Source: a bacterium (lineage in GTDB: Bacteria; UBA8248). From it: DNA of 64,000 nucleotides. The translations under genes and the position numbers were made by a program. Below the pieces are notes generated by a model. It had not been told where the DNA came from. It did no database searches and saw nothing but the letters and a program-made list of their open reading frames with translations. Location: positions 384,001 through 448,000 of the forward strand of contig CBDBEV010000001.1 in NCBI GenBank assembly GCA_965204535.1, in the 5' to 3' direction. Shown piece by piece: positions 51,620-62,172 of the stretch (position 1 is the first letter of the stretch; each line of letters begins with the position of its first letter).

Positions 51620-51943
51620 CGAACATCATCCACCGATAAGTGATTCACCCATTCATCATGCGCTTCGTCCCGGCATGGGGACATAATGATGTGTGCTGAA
51701 ATTCTCGAGCGAAGATCAGGCGGTTCAACTCCGGCAAACCTTCCTGGAATCAGTCAGGAATGCCGGTGGGGCGAATTATTGCTCAGAATCCTTTTGTCGG
51801 TCGTTCTTCATGACGGGCCGAAGAACGGAATGTATATGGAAAATATAAGGGGGACGACCCTCGTCATCCCGCATCTTTTTGAAATTCAACAGGTTATAAA
51901 CATCAAAAGCACAGACTGCGCAATAATCCCATTATCGGGAGAC

Positions 51944-51972
51944 AATATAGGAGCCGAGGCCGGATCTGTCAA
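51944..51972 (-). promoter_or_regulatory. sigma70 promoter about 320 nt upstream of mutS2
   Basis: TTGACA-17 nt-TATATT on the minus strand, with an AT-rich UP-like tract upstream. Confidence 0.75.
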
Positions 51973-52037
51973 GAAAAATGAAAATAATGAAACCTACCGC
52001 CGTGGACGCCGGAGACCCGGACTTGGCGGAATACGCC

Positions 52038-52712
52038 CTACCTCTCGGATTCGGGCCTGCCGCCGCGTCCGAACCGGCGCGCGAGTTCCGCAAAAACCCG
52101 CCCCGGCGATACGCCGCGCGCGGCCATCCCCACCAGGGTGTGGAACCACAAGTCGGCCACCTCGTTCGTTACCGCCTCCGCGTCTTCTTCCCTCATCGCC
52201 ATGACGACCTCGGCGGCCTCCTCGTCTATTTTCTCCAGCACCCGCTCCTCGCCCCTGGCGTACAGGCGCGCCACGTAACTCGAATCCGTATCGCCCGCCT
52301 CTTTCCTCGTGAGAATCAGGCGATACACGGATTCGAGCAGGTTCTGATCGAAATCGAACTCCTCTTCTCCATCCTCCCGCCCGGGCGCAGGGACTTCGTT
52401 GAAAAAACACGACATCCGGTTCGTGTGACAGGCCGGCCCGTCGGGCCTCACGATGAACACCAGCGCATCCGCGTCGCAATCGAGCCGCGCAGAGACCAGA
52501 TGCAGATAGTTGCCCGATGTCGCGCCCTTGTGCCAAAGCTCACTGCGGGAACGGGACCAGAAGTGGACGGTTCCTTTCTCCAGCGTCAGGCGAAGCGATT
52601 CCTCGTTCACCCATGCGAGGGTCAGGACCTGCCCCGTCGCCGCATCCTGGCAGATGGCGGGGGCCAGACCCTGCTCGTTCCACTTGACCTCGGGGATTTC
52701 CATCTCGTTCAC
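52038..52712 (-). CDS. hisIE: Bifunctional phosphoribosyl-AMP cyclohydrolase/phosphoribosyl-ATP pyrophosphatase
   Basis: [39 protein letters not shown]. Confidence 0.96.
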   Translation of the reverse strand: MNEMEIPEVKWNEQGLAPAICQDAATGQVLTLAWVNEESLRLTLEKGTVHFWSRSRSELWHKGATSGNYLHLVSARLDCDADALVFIVRPDGPACHTNRMSCFFNEVPAPGREDGEEEFDFDQNLLESVYRLILTRKEAGDTDSSYVARLYARGEERVLEKIDEEAAEVVMAMREEDAEAVTNEVADLWFHTLVGMAARGVSPGRVFAELARRFGRGGRPESER

Positions 52713-53479
52713 AGCCTCACCTCCACACCGCGCTCGCGCAGATAGATTTTCACCTCCTCGACCGAGTAATCTCCGAAATGGAAGATCGAGGCGGCCAGAA
52801 CGGCGTCGGCGTAACCTTCTTCCAGACCCTCGTAGAGATGCGCCAGATTCCCCACGCCGCCCGAAGCGATGACGGGCACGCCCACCCGCTCGGCAATCGT
52901 GCGCGTGAGGGCCAGATCATACCCGTCCTTGGTTCCGTCCCTGTCCATGCTGGTGAGGAGAATCTCGCCCGCGCCCAGCGCGCACGCCTCCTCCGCCCAG
53001 GCCACGGCGTCCTGGCCGGTGGGGCGCGAACCCCCGTGCGTGAACGCCTCCCACCGGGGCGCATCCGCATCCTCCGCAACGCGCTTGGCGTCGATGGCGC
53101 ACACGATGGTGGAGCTTCCGTAGCGCTCCGCCGAGCGCTTGAGGACGCCCGGGTCCCTGAGCGCCGCGCTGTTGATGCTCACCTTGTCCGCGCCCGCCCT
53201 CAGCAAATCGCGCACGTCCTGCTCCTCGCGCACGCCGCCGCCCACCGTGAGGGGGACGAACACGCGCTCCGCCGTGCGGCGCACCATGTCCAGCAGGGTG
53301 CCGCGCTTTTCCTTCGAAGCCGTGATGTCGAGAAAACAGATTTCATCCGCCCCCATCTCGTCATAATGCGCGGCGCACTCTACGGGGTCGCCCGCGTCGC
53401 GCAGGCCCTCGAAATTCACGCCCTTCACCACGCGGCCTTCCTTCACGTCGAGACAGGGAATGATTCGCTTGGCTAGCAA
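52709..53479 (-). CDS. hisF: Imidazole glycerol phosphate synthase cyclase subunit
   Basis: [28 protein letters not shown]. Confidence 0.98.
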   Translation of the reverse strand: MLAKRIIPCLDVKEGRVVKGVNFEGLRDAGDPVECAAHYDEMGADEICFLDITASKEKRGTLLDMVRRTAERVFVPLTVGGGVREEQDVRDLLRAGADKVSINSAALRDPGVLKRSAERYGSSTIVCAIDAKRVAEDADAPRWEAFTHGGSRPTGQDAVAWAEEACALGAGEILLTSMDRDGTKDGYDLALTRTIAERVGVPVIASGGVGNLAHLYEGLEEGYADAVLAASIFHFGDYSVEEVKIYLRERGVEVRL

Positions 53480-54198
53480 GAGAGCATCTCCATTGCCTTT
53501 GGAAAATCCATGGTCCCCTCATAGAGGGCGCGCCCCACGACGGCGCCGATGACGCCCTTCTCTTCCAGAGGCATGAGTTTTTCCACGTCTTCCAGCCTGC
53601 TCACGCCCCCCGCGGCGATGACTGGCAGTCCGCAAGCCTGGGCCAAGGCGGCGATGGGGACGGGGTCGAAGCCCTCCAGCGTCCCGTCGCGCCTGATGTC
53701 GGTGAAGATAATTCCCGCCAGGGGAAGATGCGCGAAGCGGTTCGCCAGCGACTCGGGCGATACCGAGTCCCCCTCCTCCCAGCCCGATATCCTGACTTCC
53801 CCGTCCCTGGCGTCGATGCCCAAAAGGATTTTTCCGGGATTCGCGCGGGCGGCGGATTCGAGGAATTCGGGGTTTCTGAGCGCGCTCGTGCCCAGGATGA
53901 CGAAACTCGCCCCCGCCTCCAGGACGGCCGCGAGAGATTCTTCGGAGCGCACGCCGCCGCCAAATTCCACGGGGACGTCCACGGCCCCGGCCACTTGTTC
54001 CAGGACGTCGACGTGGGCGGGCGCGCCGTTAAAGGCGCCGTCGAGATCGATGAGGTGCAGGCGCTGCGCACCCTGCTCCACCCAGCGCAGAGCCCACACC
54101 ACCGGGTCGTCGCCGTAAACAATCTCGCGCCCTTTCTGGCCCTGGATGAGCCTGACGCATTTGCCGCCCTTGAGATCGACCGCCGGAATGAGAAGCAA
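53473..54198 (-). CDS. hisA: ProFAR isomerase
   Basis: [34 protein letters not shown]; TTG start inferred. Confidence 0.96.
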   Translation of the reverse strand: MLLIPAVDLKGGKCVRLIQGQKGREIVYGDDPVVWALRWVEQGAQRLHLIDLDGAFNGAPAHVDVLEQVAGAVDVPVEFGGGVRSEESLAAVLEAGASFVILGTSALRNPEFLESAARANPGKILLGIDARDGEVRISGWEEGDSVSPESLANRFAHLPLAGIIFTDIRRDGTLEGFDPVPIAALAQACGLPVIAAGGVSRLEDVEKLMPLEEKGVIGAVVGRALYEGTMDFPKAMEMLSC

Positions 54199-54314
54199 AA
54201 CGCCACCCCTACGATGAGATGCCCACAACTGTTGCGCCTCTCATTAAACCCAAACGGGTTTTATTGCAAACGCTTACGGGAAATTATCTCAATAAAAAGC
54301 ACCGCGAGAGGTCA

Positions 54315-54677
54315 GGGTTGTTGAAAAAGTCCTGTCCGACCTTCGAGATTGTTCACCGTAGGGACAGGCCCCTGTGCCTGTCTGAGGAAACGCAACTACG
54401 GGGACAGAAATCCCCGATATGGGCGGCCACGGAGGGCCGCCCCTACGGTTGAATGAAATTTTCCTCCGCGACGAGCGCGGCCCTGGCTTGTCATTCCGGC
54501 GTATGCCGGAATCCAGAACCGATGGGCGTGGAGATACGGCGGCGTTGCGTTCTTCTTCGATGAAGCGGGAATGACACCTGAAAACAAAAAGGCGAAAAGC
54601 GAAACCCCTGGATTCCGGCATACACCGGAATGACGGCGGTGGCCAATTCCAAGCGGGTAGGAGCTTTCCAACAACCC
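54315..54677. mobile_element. MITE-like composite element inserted between hisH and hisA
   Basis: TIRs GGGTTGTTGAAAAAGTCCT / AGGAGCTTTCCAACAACCC; internal inverted GTAG-REP pair (54355-54383, 54421-54449) and a 27-bp inverted repeat pair; no transposase. Confidence 0.7.
54490..54634. repeat. 27-bp inverted repeat pair of the GTCATTCC..GGAATC type
   Basis: GTCATTCCGGCGTATGCCGGAATCCAG (54490-54516) vs CTGGATTCCGGCATACACCGGAATGAC (54608-54634), one mismatch; extra half site GCGGGAATGAC at 54565-54575. Confidence 0.85.
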
Positions 54678-54678
54678 C

Positions 54679-55341
54679 CTACGAGGCTTTATGCGCGCCG
54701 CAGATGTCGACGAATTTCCTCAAAATCCCCAGACCGAGCGCGCCGCTTTTCTCGGGGTGAAACTGGGTGGCGAAGAGGTTTTCCCGGTGGACGCTGGCGA
54801 TGAAGGGCACGCCGAAATCACACGTCGCCGCGATCCAGGGCCGCGCTGCTTCTGAGGGCTCCGCATAGTAGGAGTGGACGAAATAGAAATGCGCCCCGCT
54901 CGGCAAGCCTTCAAGAATCGGGGAGTGGTTCTGAAACCGCGGCTGATTCCAGCCCATGTGGGGAACCTTCAGGGGCAGCGCGCCGCCGTTTTCGGTCATC
55001 CCCTCGGGAAAGCGCCGCACGCGCCCGGGCAGGATTCCCAGGCCCGGCGTGGCACCGAACTCCTCGCTCTCCTCGAAAAGAATCTGGAGGCCGAGACATA
55101 TCCCGAGATAGGGAACGCCTCTCTCGATGACGCGGCGAAGCGGCCCGGTGAGGCCGGCTTCCTCCAGGGCGCGCATGCAATCGGGGAAACCACCCACGCC
55201 GGGCAGGATGACGCCCCCCGCCGCCTCCAGGACTTCGGGGTCGTCGCTCAGCACCGCCTCCGCACCTATTTTGGCCAGGGCGTTCCGCACGCTCAAAACA
55301 TTTCCCATGCCGTAGTCGACCACGACGATCTCGCCAGTCAT
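54679..55341 (-). CDS. hisH: Imidazole glycerol phosphate synthase glutaminase subunit
   Basis: DYGMGN, LPGVG, GICLGLQ, PHMGWN, YFVHSY, QFHPEKS. Confidence 0.97.
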   Translation of the reverse strand: MTGEIVVVDYGMGNVLSVRNALAKIGAEAVLSDDPEVLEAAGGVILPGVGGFPDCMRALEEAGLTGPLRRVIERGVPYLGICLGLQILFEESEEFGATPGLGILPGRVRRFPEGMTENGGALPLKVPHMGWNQPRFQNHSPILEGLPSGAHFYFVHSYYAEPSEAARPWIAATCDFGVPFIASVHRENLFATQFHPEKSGALGLGILRKFVDICGAHKAS

Positions 55342-55368
55342 GCCACTCCCCATCCCCAAAATGCCGTC

Positions 55369-55971
55369 TTATAGAACACCCTTCGTGCTGGGCACGCTCG
55401 TGTCTCTCGGGTCGAGCGCGACGCCTGCCCGCAGCGCCCGCGCGAAGCCCTTGAATACGGCTTCGACCATGTGGTGACTGTTGTCCCCGTAGCAGACCTC
55501 GATGTGGAGGTCGACGCCCGCGTGGGTGGCCACCGACCAGAAGAACTCGCGCACGAGCGCGGTGTCGAACTCGCCGATTTGGGCTTCGGGGAACGCGGCG
55601 CGGAAGACGAGGTTTCCCCTGCCGCCGAAATCCGCCGCCACGTGAACGAGCGCGTCCATCATGGGTAGGCGCACGTCGGCGTAGCGGGTGATGCCCGCCC
55701 GGTCGCCGAGCGCTTTCGCCAGCGTCCGCCCCAGGATGATGCCTACGTCCTCCACCGTGTGGTGGCCGTCGACGTCCAGGTCCCCCTCCCCGCGGACGGT
55801 CAAATCCACCAGCCCGTGGCGGGCGATCTGGGCGAGCATGTGATCGAAAAAACCGAGGCCGGTATTGATTTCGGCCTCGCCCGCGCCGTCGAGGTTCACC
55901 GCGACGGTGAAATCGGTCTCCTTCGTCTTTCTGCTCACACGCGCTTTTCTCTGCTTGGCTCTCGACGCCAC
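55369..55971 (-). CDS. hisB: Imidazoleglycerol-phosphate dehydratase
   Basis: [32 protein letters not shown]. Confidence 0.97.
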   Translation of the reverse strand: MASRAKQRKARVSRKTKETDFTVAVNLDGAGEAEINTGLGFFDHMLAQIARHGLVDLTVRGEGDLDVDGHHTVEDVGIILGRTLAKALGDRAGITRYADVRLPMMDALVHVAADFGGRGNLVFRAAFPEAQIGEFDTALVREFFWSVATHAGVDLHIEVCYGDNSHHMVEAVFKGFARALRAGVALDPRDTSVPSTKGVL

Positions 55972-56064
55972 CTTCTCTCTCCCGGCGGATGAAAATTTCT
56001 GTGAAAACGCCGCCTTTCGGCAGTGCGATTATGCTTGATCCGCGCGCGCCCCGCCAGCGTCCCA

Positions 56065-57360
56065 TCAGGATGCGCCGCGCCTCAAGCGCAAGGCCCGCGC
56101 GTGCGCGGGCAGGCCTTCGAGATCGGCGAGACGCGCCGCGGGTTCGGCCAGCCGCGCGGCGGCCTCCGCATCGAAACACACCTTGCTCGTCCACTTGATG
56201 AAGTCATACACGCCGAGCGGCGAGGCGAAGCGCGCCGCACCGCCTGTGGGAAGCACGTGGTTGGGGCCAGCAACGTAATCGCCCAAGGCAACCGGACTCC
56301 ACGGCCCGCAAAACACCGCCCCGACATTGCGAACCCCCCCGGCCGCCTCTTCGGCCCGCTCCATCAATATCTCCAGATGCTCGGGCGCGAGCATCTCCGC
56401 CACTTCCAGCGCCTCCTCGCGCGATGCCGCCTCGATGATGGCGCCTCGATTCTCCAAGGCCTGCGCTATCTCCCCGCTCCTTGCAGCTGAGCGCAACTGA
56501 CTCTCCACTTCCCGCTCCAGGGCGTCGGCCACATCCTTGCCCACGCAGACGCCCACGGCCATCGCCTGCGCGTCGTGCTCGGCCTGGGCGAGCAAATCCG
56601 CCGCCGCCCATTCGGCCAGGGCCGCATCGTCGATGAGCACGACCACCTCGCTCGGCCCGGCTTCTTTATCGATTTCCACGCGCTCACGAACCATGCGCTT
56701 GGCGGCGGCGACGTACACGTTGCCCGGCCCCACTATCTTATCCACGCGGGGGACGCTCTGCGTGCCATACGCCATGGCGGCAACCACCTGCGCGCCGCCG
56801 ACGCGCACGACGCGCTTCAGACCCGCCAGAGAAGCCGCCGCCAGCACGGCGGCGGGCACCTCGCCGTTCGGGCCCGGCGGCGTGCACAGAACCAACTCGT
56901 CCACGCCCGCGGCGCGCGCGGGAGTCGCGTTCATAAGCACCGTGGAGGGATAAGCCGCCGTGCCGCCGGGCGCATAGAGGCCCACGCTTTTGAGGGCCGT
57001 GGGTTCGAGCGTGAGCCGCTCGCCGGGCGCAGGCTCGACAGTGATTGTTCGGGGAACCTGCGCCTCGTGAAACGCGCGAATCCGCTCCTCGGCGAGTTTC
57101 AGTGCATCGAGCGTTTCGGACGGCAGGGCATCAAGCGCGCGCGCCATCTCCTCTTGAGCGACGACGAGGCTATCGGCGTCCAGGGAGACGCCGTCGAACG
57201 CCTGAGTCAGTGCGATAAGCGCGTCATCGCCCTCCGCGCGTACGCGCTCGATGATCGCGCGCACATCCGCCTCGACGCGGGAAAACGCATCCTCCCCGCC
57301 CAGGGAGAGGCGCTCGATCCCGGCGGTGAAATTCTCCGCCCCGCAGCTGAAACGCCTCAC
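56065..57360 (-). CDS. hisD: Histidinol dehydrogenase
   Basis: YAPGG..YPS, GPGN, AGPSE, QAEHD, APEHL, GDY..GPNHVLPT. Confidence 0.97.
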   Translation of the reverse strand: MRRFSCGAENFTAGIERLSLGGEDAFSRVEADVRAIIERVRAEGDDALIALTQAFDGVSLDADSLVVAQEEMARALDALPSETLDALKLAEERIRAFHEAQVPRTITVEPAPGERLTLEPTALKSVGLYAPGGTAAYPSTVLMNATPARAAGVDELVLCTPPGPNGEVPAAVLAAASLAGLKRVVRVGGAQVVAAMAYGTQSVPRVDKIVGPGNVYVAAAKRMVRERVEIDKEAGPSEVVVLIDDAALAEWAAADLLAQAEHDAQAMAVGVCVGKDVADALEREVESQLRSAARSGEIAQALENRGAIIEAASREEALEVAEMLAPEHLEILMERAEEAAGGVRNVGAVFCGPWSPVALGDYVAGPNHVLPTGGAARFASPLGVYDFIKWTSKVCFDAEAAARLAEPAARLADLEGLPAHARALRLRRGAS

Positions 57361-58067
57361 GCCTTTTCCTCGCCGGACGCAGGCCTCACGCCGTTACCAG
57401 AGCGGTTCACGGCGGGAGGGATCACCCCCTTCAACTGTTCGATGATCGCGCTCACCTTCTTGTAGCTCGTCTTCAAGCTCGCGCGGTTGGCGATGAGCCT
57501 GGCCGTCGCACTGAATATCTCGCGAATCGGCGCCAGCCCGTTGGCCCGCAGCGTCCCGCCGGTGTCGACCAGATCCACGACCAGGTCCGCCACGCCTGTT
57601 GCGGGCGCGATTTCCACGTTGCCGTAGAGCCGGATGATCTTGGCCTGAACCCCCATCTGCTCGAAAAACCGGGTGGTGATGGCGGGAAACTTCGTCGCCA
57701 CGCGCAGCGAGATTCGTCCGGTCAGGTCCGCCCAGGTCATTCCCTCGGGCGCCGCCACCATGAGGCGGCACGGGGCCACCTTCAAGTCCAGGGGTTCGTA
57801 TACGTCGCGCCCTTGCTCCAGCAGCACATCGCGCCCGATGACGCCCAAATCGGCGGCGCCGCGCTCCACGTAGATGGGCACATCGTGGTTCCTGAGGATC
57901 AGGACCCGGATCCCCGTTTTCGGGTCGCGCAGGATGAGCTTGCGGGATGTGTCCGATATCGGTTTAGACAAGACCCCCGCCTTCACCAGACACTCGGTGG
58001 CCTCTGTGAAAATTCTTCCCTTGGGCAGGGCGATGATCAATTCTTTTTCCTGATTCTCTTTCATCAC
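57357..58067 (-). CDS. hisG: ATP phosphoribosyltransferase, short form
   Basis: ALPKGR, DLGVIGRDVL, VATKFP, GNVEIAP, DLVDTGGTL; no C-terminal regulatory domain, so HisZ is expected elsewhere. Confidence 0.95.
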   Translation of the reverse strand: MMKENQEKELIIALPKGRIFTEATECLVKAGVLSKPISDTSRKLILRDPKTGIRVLILRNHDVPIYVERGAADLGVIGRDVLLEQGRDVYEPLDLKVAPCRLMVAAPEGMTWADLTGRISLRVATKFPAITTRFFEQMGVQAKIIRLYGNVEIAPATGVADLVVDLVDTGGTLRANGLAPIREIFSATARLIANRASLKTSYKKVSAIIEQLKGVIPPAVNRSGNGVRPASGEEKA

Positions 58068-59323
58068 GACTCCACTTCGCGCCGGATATCCGCGCCGAGC
58101 GCCCTCAACCGCTCCTCGAGCCGCTGATATCCCCTGTCGATATGATATACGTTGCGAACGATGGTTTCTCCTTCAGCCGCCAGACCCGCCAGAACCAGCG
58201 ATGCGCTCGCCCGCAAGTCGGTCGCCGTCACCGAGGCGCCGGCGAGATGCGCCACACCTTCGATGTGCGCCGTCCGGCCGTCGATATGAATCCGCGCGTT
58301 CATTCTGGCAAGCTCGGCGGCGTGCATGAAGCGGTTCTCAAAGATGGTCTCCGTAAGCACGCAGGTTCCGCCCGCCAGCGTCATCAGCGCCATGAACTGG
58401 GCCTGCAAATCCGTGGGGAATCCGGGATAGGGCGCCGTCTTGACGTTCACGGGCCGTACGGAGTCCTCGCCGCGCACGCGAATCCAGTCCGCGCCCTCTG
58501 AAACTTCCAGGCCGGCCTCGCTCAGCTTGAGCGCCAGAGCGTGCACTTGTTCCGGCTCACAATCCGTTATCCTCAAATCCCCTCCCGTGATGGCCGCGGC
58601 AATCATGAGGGTTCCCACCTCGATGCGGTCCGCGGGAACGGCCACGTCGTAGCCCGCGAGGGAATCCACTCCCTCGATCTCGATAACGGGCGTGCCCGCG
58701 CCGCTGACCCTGGCGCCCATCTGGTTCAACAAATCCGCAAGCGCGACCACCTCGGGCTCCAAAGCGGCATTCTCAAGCACTGTGACTCCTTCCGCCAGAG
58801 AGGCCGCCATCATCAGGTTCTTCGTCCCCGTCACCGTCGTGAGGTCGAACGAGATGCGCGCGCCGGTGAGTTTCCGCGCCCCGGCTTCGATGTAGCCCTG
58901 TTCTATCTCGATCTCCGCCCCCATCGCGCTCAGGCCCTTCAGGTGCTGATCGATGGGCCTCGCCCCGATGGCGCAGCCGCCCGGCAGGGAGACCCGGGCC
59001 GAGCCGAAGCGCGCCAGCAACGGCCCCAGCACCAGGATGGAGGCCCGCATCGCCTGCACCAGCTCATAGGGCGCGACGCCGCCGGTGATGTTCGTGGCGT
59101 CCAGGGTGATGCGCCCGGGCGATTCTTCGCGCGTCTTTACGCCGAATTCGCCCAGAAGCCCCAGAATCGTGTTCGTGTCGCGCAAGTCCGGCACGCGCCG
59201 CGCATGGCTGACGCCATCGGCCAGGATGGCGGCGGCCAGAATCGGCAAAGAGGCGTTCTTGGAGCCCGACGCCTCGGTCTCGCCGCGCAGCGGCCTGCCT
59301 CCCCGGATTCGAAATCGCTCCAC
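58064..59323 (-). CDS. murA: UDP-GlcNAc 1-carboxyvinyltransferase
   Basis: [21 protein letters not shown] (Cys115 type), PGFPTD, DLRA, DRGY. Confidence 0.98.
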   Translation of the reverse strand: MERFRIRGGRPLRGETEASGSKNASLPILAAAILADGVSHARRVPDLRDTNTILGLLGEFGVKTREESPGRITLDATNITGGVAPYELVQAMRASILVLGPLLARFGSARVSLPGGCAIGARPIDQHLKGLSAMGAEIEIEQGYIEAGARKLTGARISFDLTTVTGTKNLMMAASLAEGVTVLENAALEPEVVALADLLNQMGARVSGAGTPVIEIEGVDSLAGYDVAVPADRIEVGTLMIAAAITGGDLRITDCEPEQVHALALKLSEAGLEVSEGADWIRVRGEDSVRPVNVKTAPYPGFPTDLQAQFMALMTLAGGTCVLTETIFENRFMHAAELARMNARIHIDGRTAHIEGVAHLAGASVTATDLRASASLVLAGLAAEGETIVRNVYHIDRGYQRLEERLRALGADIRREVES

Positions 59324-59326
59324 AAC

Positions 59327-60217
59327 CTAAGCCCCCTGAAGTTCCAAAACCCGCTCGCGCCCTGCGAGGTCTTTATGGCGTCTCGTTGCGTGAAAATTCC
59401 CCCGCCTCTGCGAGAAATCCTCCGCCTCGGCCATCTGGCGCGGGTCCATCTCGATCAGCAACGAACCCCCGTGCGCGAGATATGCGGGCGCCTTCTCGAT
59501 GATGCGCCGGATGAGGTCCATCCCGTCCGCGCCGCCGTCCAGCGCGATTCGCGGCTCGAACGATGAAATTTCCGGCATCAAGCCGTCCAGTTCGCCCGTG
59601 GCCACATAGGGCGGGTTCGAGACGATCAAGTCGAACTTCTCCCCTTCGGCGAGCGCCTGAAACAAATCCGAAGCCACGAGTCTCGTTCGGCCGTTCAAAC
59701 CGAATTTTTCGGCGTTTCGCCTCGCCACTTCGAGCGCTTTCGGGCAGAGGTCGAGCAGGGTGACGTGCGCCTCAGTCAATTCACTCGCAACCGCCAGCCC
59801 CACCGCACCGCTGCCGCATCCTACGTCGAGTATCCTGCTCTCTCCCTTCTTTCTCAAAAGCGCCACGGCGCGCTCGACGAGCAACTCCGATTCGGGCCTG
59901 GGAATCAGCACGTCCGGTGAAACGGAAAAAGACATGGACCAGAACTCCCGCTCGCCCAATATATAGGCCATCGGCTCGCGGGCCTCTCTTCTCCGCGCCA
60001 GGGCCTCGGCCTTCGCGAGCGCCTCGTGAGGCACCACCTTTTCAGGATAAGCGTGGAGATGCACCCTGTCGCAGCCTAATACCATCGCCAGGATGAGCCG
60101 CGCATCCAGCCCCGGCGAGTCCACGCCAGCGTCTGCGAGCCGCTTCTCCAGACGGGAGAGCAGAGCGCACACTTTAGATTCTGATTCGCTTTGCGCCGCA
60201 GGAGGAGAAGTCGTCAT
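59327..60217 (-). CDS. prmC: Release factor glutamine methyltransferase
   Basis: [35 protein letters not shown]. Confidence 0.96.
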   Translation of the reverse strand: MTTSPPAAQSESESKVCALLSRLEKRLADAGVDSPGLDARLILAMVLGCDRVHLHAYPEKVVPHEALAKAEALARRREAREPMAYILGEREFWSMSFSVSPDVLIPRPESELLVERAVALLRKKGESRILDVGCGSGAVGLAVASELTEAHVTLLDLCPKALEVARRNAEKFGLNGRTRLVASDLFQALAEGEKFDLIVSNPPYVATGELDGLMPEISSFEPRIALDGGADGMDLIRRIIEKAPAYLAHGGSLLIEMDPRQMAEAEDFSQRRGNFHATRRHKDLAGRERVLELQGA

Positions 60218-61305
60218 TCTGCGGAGTGGGCTTGCGTGCTTTCTTCCAGTTCGGCCAGACGCTCCGCCTCGCGGCTCTCTATCACCCGCTTGACCATATC
60301 GTCGATGCCGCCCTCCATGAAGCCGGGGAGGCCGTGGAGGGTGAGGCCGATGCGGTGATCGGTGATCCTGTCCTGGGGGAAATTGTAGGTCCTGATACGC
60401 TCGCTTCTGTCCCCACTCCCCACGAGGCTTTTGCGGTGCGCGGAACGCTCGGACATCTGCTTCTGGATTTCCATGTCCAGCAGATGCGCCGAGAGTATCT
60501 TCATCGCCTTGGCGCGGTTTTTGTGCTGGCTCTTCTCGTCCTGACAGGTGACGACGAGGCCGGTGGGCACATGGGTGATGCGGACGGCGGAATCGGTCGT
60601 GTTCACGCTCTGGCCCCCCGGGCCCGAGGAGCGGTAGACGTCGATCCGCAAGTCCTTCTCTCCGATGTCGAGCGCAATCTCATCCGCCTCGGGCAGCACG
60701 GCCACCGTGGCGGCGGAGGTGTGGATTCGGCCCTGCGTCTCGGTGACGGGCACCCTTTGGACGCGATGCGTCCCGCTCTCATAGCGCAGGCGGCTGTAGG
60801 CGCCCGCGCCCTTGATGAGCGCGGATACCTCCTTGAGGCCCCCTAAGTCGCTCTCGCTCTTGCTCAACTCCTCCACCCCCCAGCCCTGGAGTTCGGCGTA
60901 ACGGGCGTACATGCGGTACAGATCGCCGGCGAAGAGCGCGGCCTCCTGGCCGCCCGTGCCCGCGCGGACTTCGAGGATGACGTTTTTCTCATCGTTCGGG
61001 TCTTTGGGAAGCAACAGCCGGCGCAGCCGCTCCTCCACCTCTTCGCGCTTCGCGCCCGCGTCTTCGAGTTCCGCCTGCGCGAGTTCGTTCATCTCAGGAT
61101 CCCCCTCATCGAGAAGCGTCTTCGCATCTTCGACGGCGTTTTCGTAGCCGCGCCATTCCTCATAGGCCTGGACGACCTGGGTGAGTTCCTTGTGCTCGCG
61201 GGCGGTCTGCTCGAATTTCTTGCGGTCCTTGAGCAGGGCCGGGTCCGAGAGACGCATCTCCAGCGTCCGGTGCTTTTCGATGATTTGCTCGATTTTTTCG
61301 AACAT
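60214..61305 (-). CDS. prfA: Peptide chain release factor 1
   Basis: HRVQRVPVT (PxT motif), GGQ, RTYN. Confidence 0.97.
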   Translation of the reverse strand: MFEKIEQIIEKHRTLEMRLSDPALLKDRKKFEQTAREHKELTQVVQAYEEWRGYENAVEDAKTLLDEGDPEMNELAQAELEDAGAKREEVEERLRRLLLPKDPNDEKNVILEVRAGTGGQEAALFAGDLYRMYARYAELQGWGVEELSKSESDLGGLKEVSALIKGAGAYSRLRYESGTHRVQRVPVTETQGRIHTSAATVAVLPEADEIALDIGEKDLRIDVYRSSGPGGQSVNTTDSAVRITHVPTGLVVTCQDEKSQHKNRAKAMKILSAHLLDMEIQKQMSERSAHRKSLVGSGDRSERIRTYNFPQDRITDHRIGLTLHGLPGFMEGGIDDMVKRVIESREAERLAELEESTQAHSAE

Positions 61306-61426
61306 GGGGGTCAACCGACGGGCAGCGAATGGGGTGGCCCGGAACAGTCCTCAGGGCCACGAATTCGCGTTTGCCGAGGAACCACCGCCCGGGGCGGCCC
61401 CCAGGCAAACACGGGTGGCTCCGCCC

Positions 61427-62020
61427 TTATGAATCCTCGGGCTTCTCGGCTTCTCCGGAAGGTTCAGGCGCAGGCGACGCTTCGGCTGAATCGTCGTCCA
61501 CAGCGGCGACCGCTTCGGCCGGTTCAGGCTCGGCGGCAGGCGGCGCATCTTCCGCCGCGGCGACTGCTTCTGCCGGTTCGGGTGTGGGCGCGGCATCCTC
61601 GGAGGCGAGAGCTTCGGCCTCGGCGGATTGTTCTTTCGCCGCCTGGGCGGCCTGCCTGGCGGCGCGCTCCTCGGCGCGCTTCTTGCGGGCCTCTTCGCGG
61701 AGCCTTTTCTCCTCCTCCGCCTTCTCGGCGGCCTGCTTCGCCTCGCGCTCCAGCCGGGCCGCGCGCTCCGCCTCGGCGGCGGCGTGTTTACGCTTGCGCT
61801 TGGAGACCCGCGTCTCCTTGCCCTCGAACTTCTTGACGAACTTCTCCACGCGGCCTTCGGTATCGACGATGCGCGCCTGTTTTCCCGTGAAGAACGGGTG
61901 GCACTGCGAGCAGATCTCCACACGGATTTCCTTGCGCGTGGTGAACGTGGTGAACGCGACGCCGCAACCACTGCAGAAGACGCTGCACTCGAACAACTCG
62001 GGATGAATCTCGGCCTTCAT
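61427..62020 (-). CDS. rpmE: 50S ribosomal protein L31 with long C-terminal extension
   Basis: MKAEIHP, C-S-G-C...[16 protein letters not shown]; about 125 extra charged and acidic residues. Confidence 0.93.
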   Translation of the reverse strand: MKAEIHPELFECSVFCSGCGVAFTTFTTRKEIRVEICSQCHPFFTGKQARIVDTEGRVEKFVKKFEGKETRVSKRKRKHAAAEAERAARLEREAKQAAEKAEEEKRLREEARKKRAEERAARQAAQAAKEQSAEAEALASEDAAPTPEPAEAVAAAEDAPPAAEPEPAEAVAAVDDDSAEASPAPEPSGEAEKPEDS

Positions 62021-62078
62021 AACCGGGCGCTCCAAAATTTCAGGGTGAAACGTCGAAAACGATTCCGTAAATTCCGAT

Positions 62079-62112
62079 AAAAACCGGCCTCTCTCCTCTT
62101 CGGAGAGAGCGC
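62079..62112 (-). terminator. Possible terminator hairpin downstream of rho
   Basis: CTCTCTCC-gaaga-GGAGAGAG then GCCGGTTTTT on the minus strand; overlaps the predicted rpmE transcript start. Confidence 0.45.
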
Positions 62113-62141
62113 TTTATATCGAAACGCCCGCCCCTTGTCTA
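62113..62141 (-). promoter_or_regulatory. Putative sigma70 promoter of the rpmE-prfA-prmC-murA-his unit
   Basis: TAGACA-17 nt-TATAAA on the minus strand. Confidence 0.6.
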
Positions 62142-62172
62142 CCCCCAAAATCGGGTGAAAACAAGAAGTTGG

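Noticed and set aside
51686-52204. 172-aa plus-strand ORF across the mutS2-hisIE spacer
   Set aside because: No motifs, overlaps hisIE antisense, and runs against a clear minus-strand promoter.
54219-54674. Short ORFs between hisH and hisA
   Set aside because: They are translations of the repeat element, with no transposase or other motifs.
52038-58067. Absence of hisC and hisZ from the his cluster
   Set aside because: These genes are commonly located elsewhere; not evidence of pathway loss.
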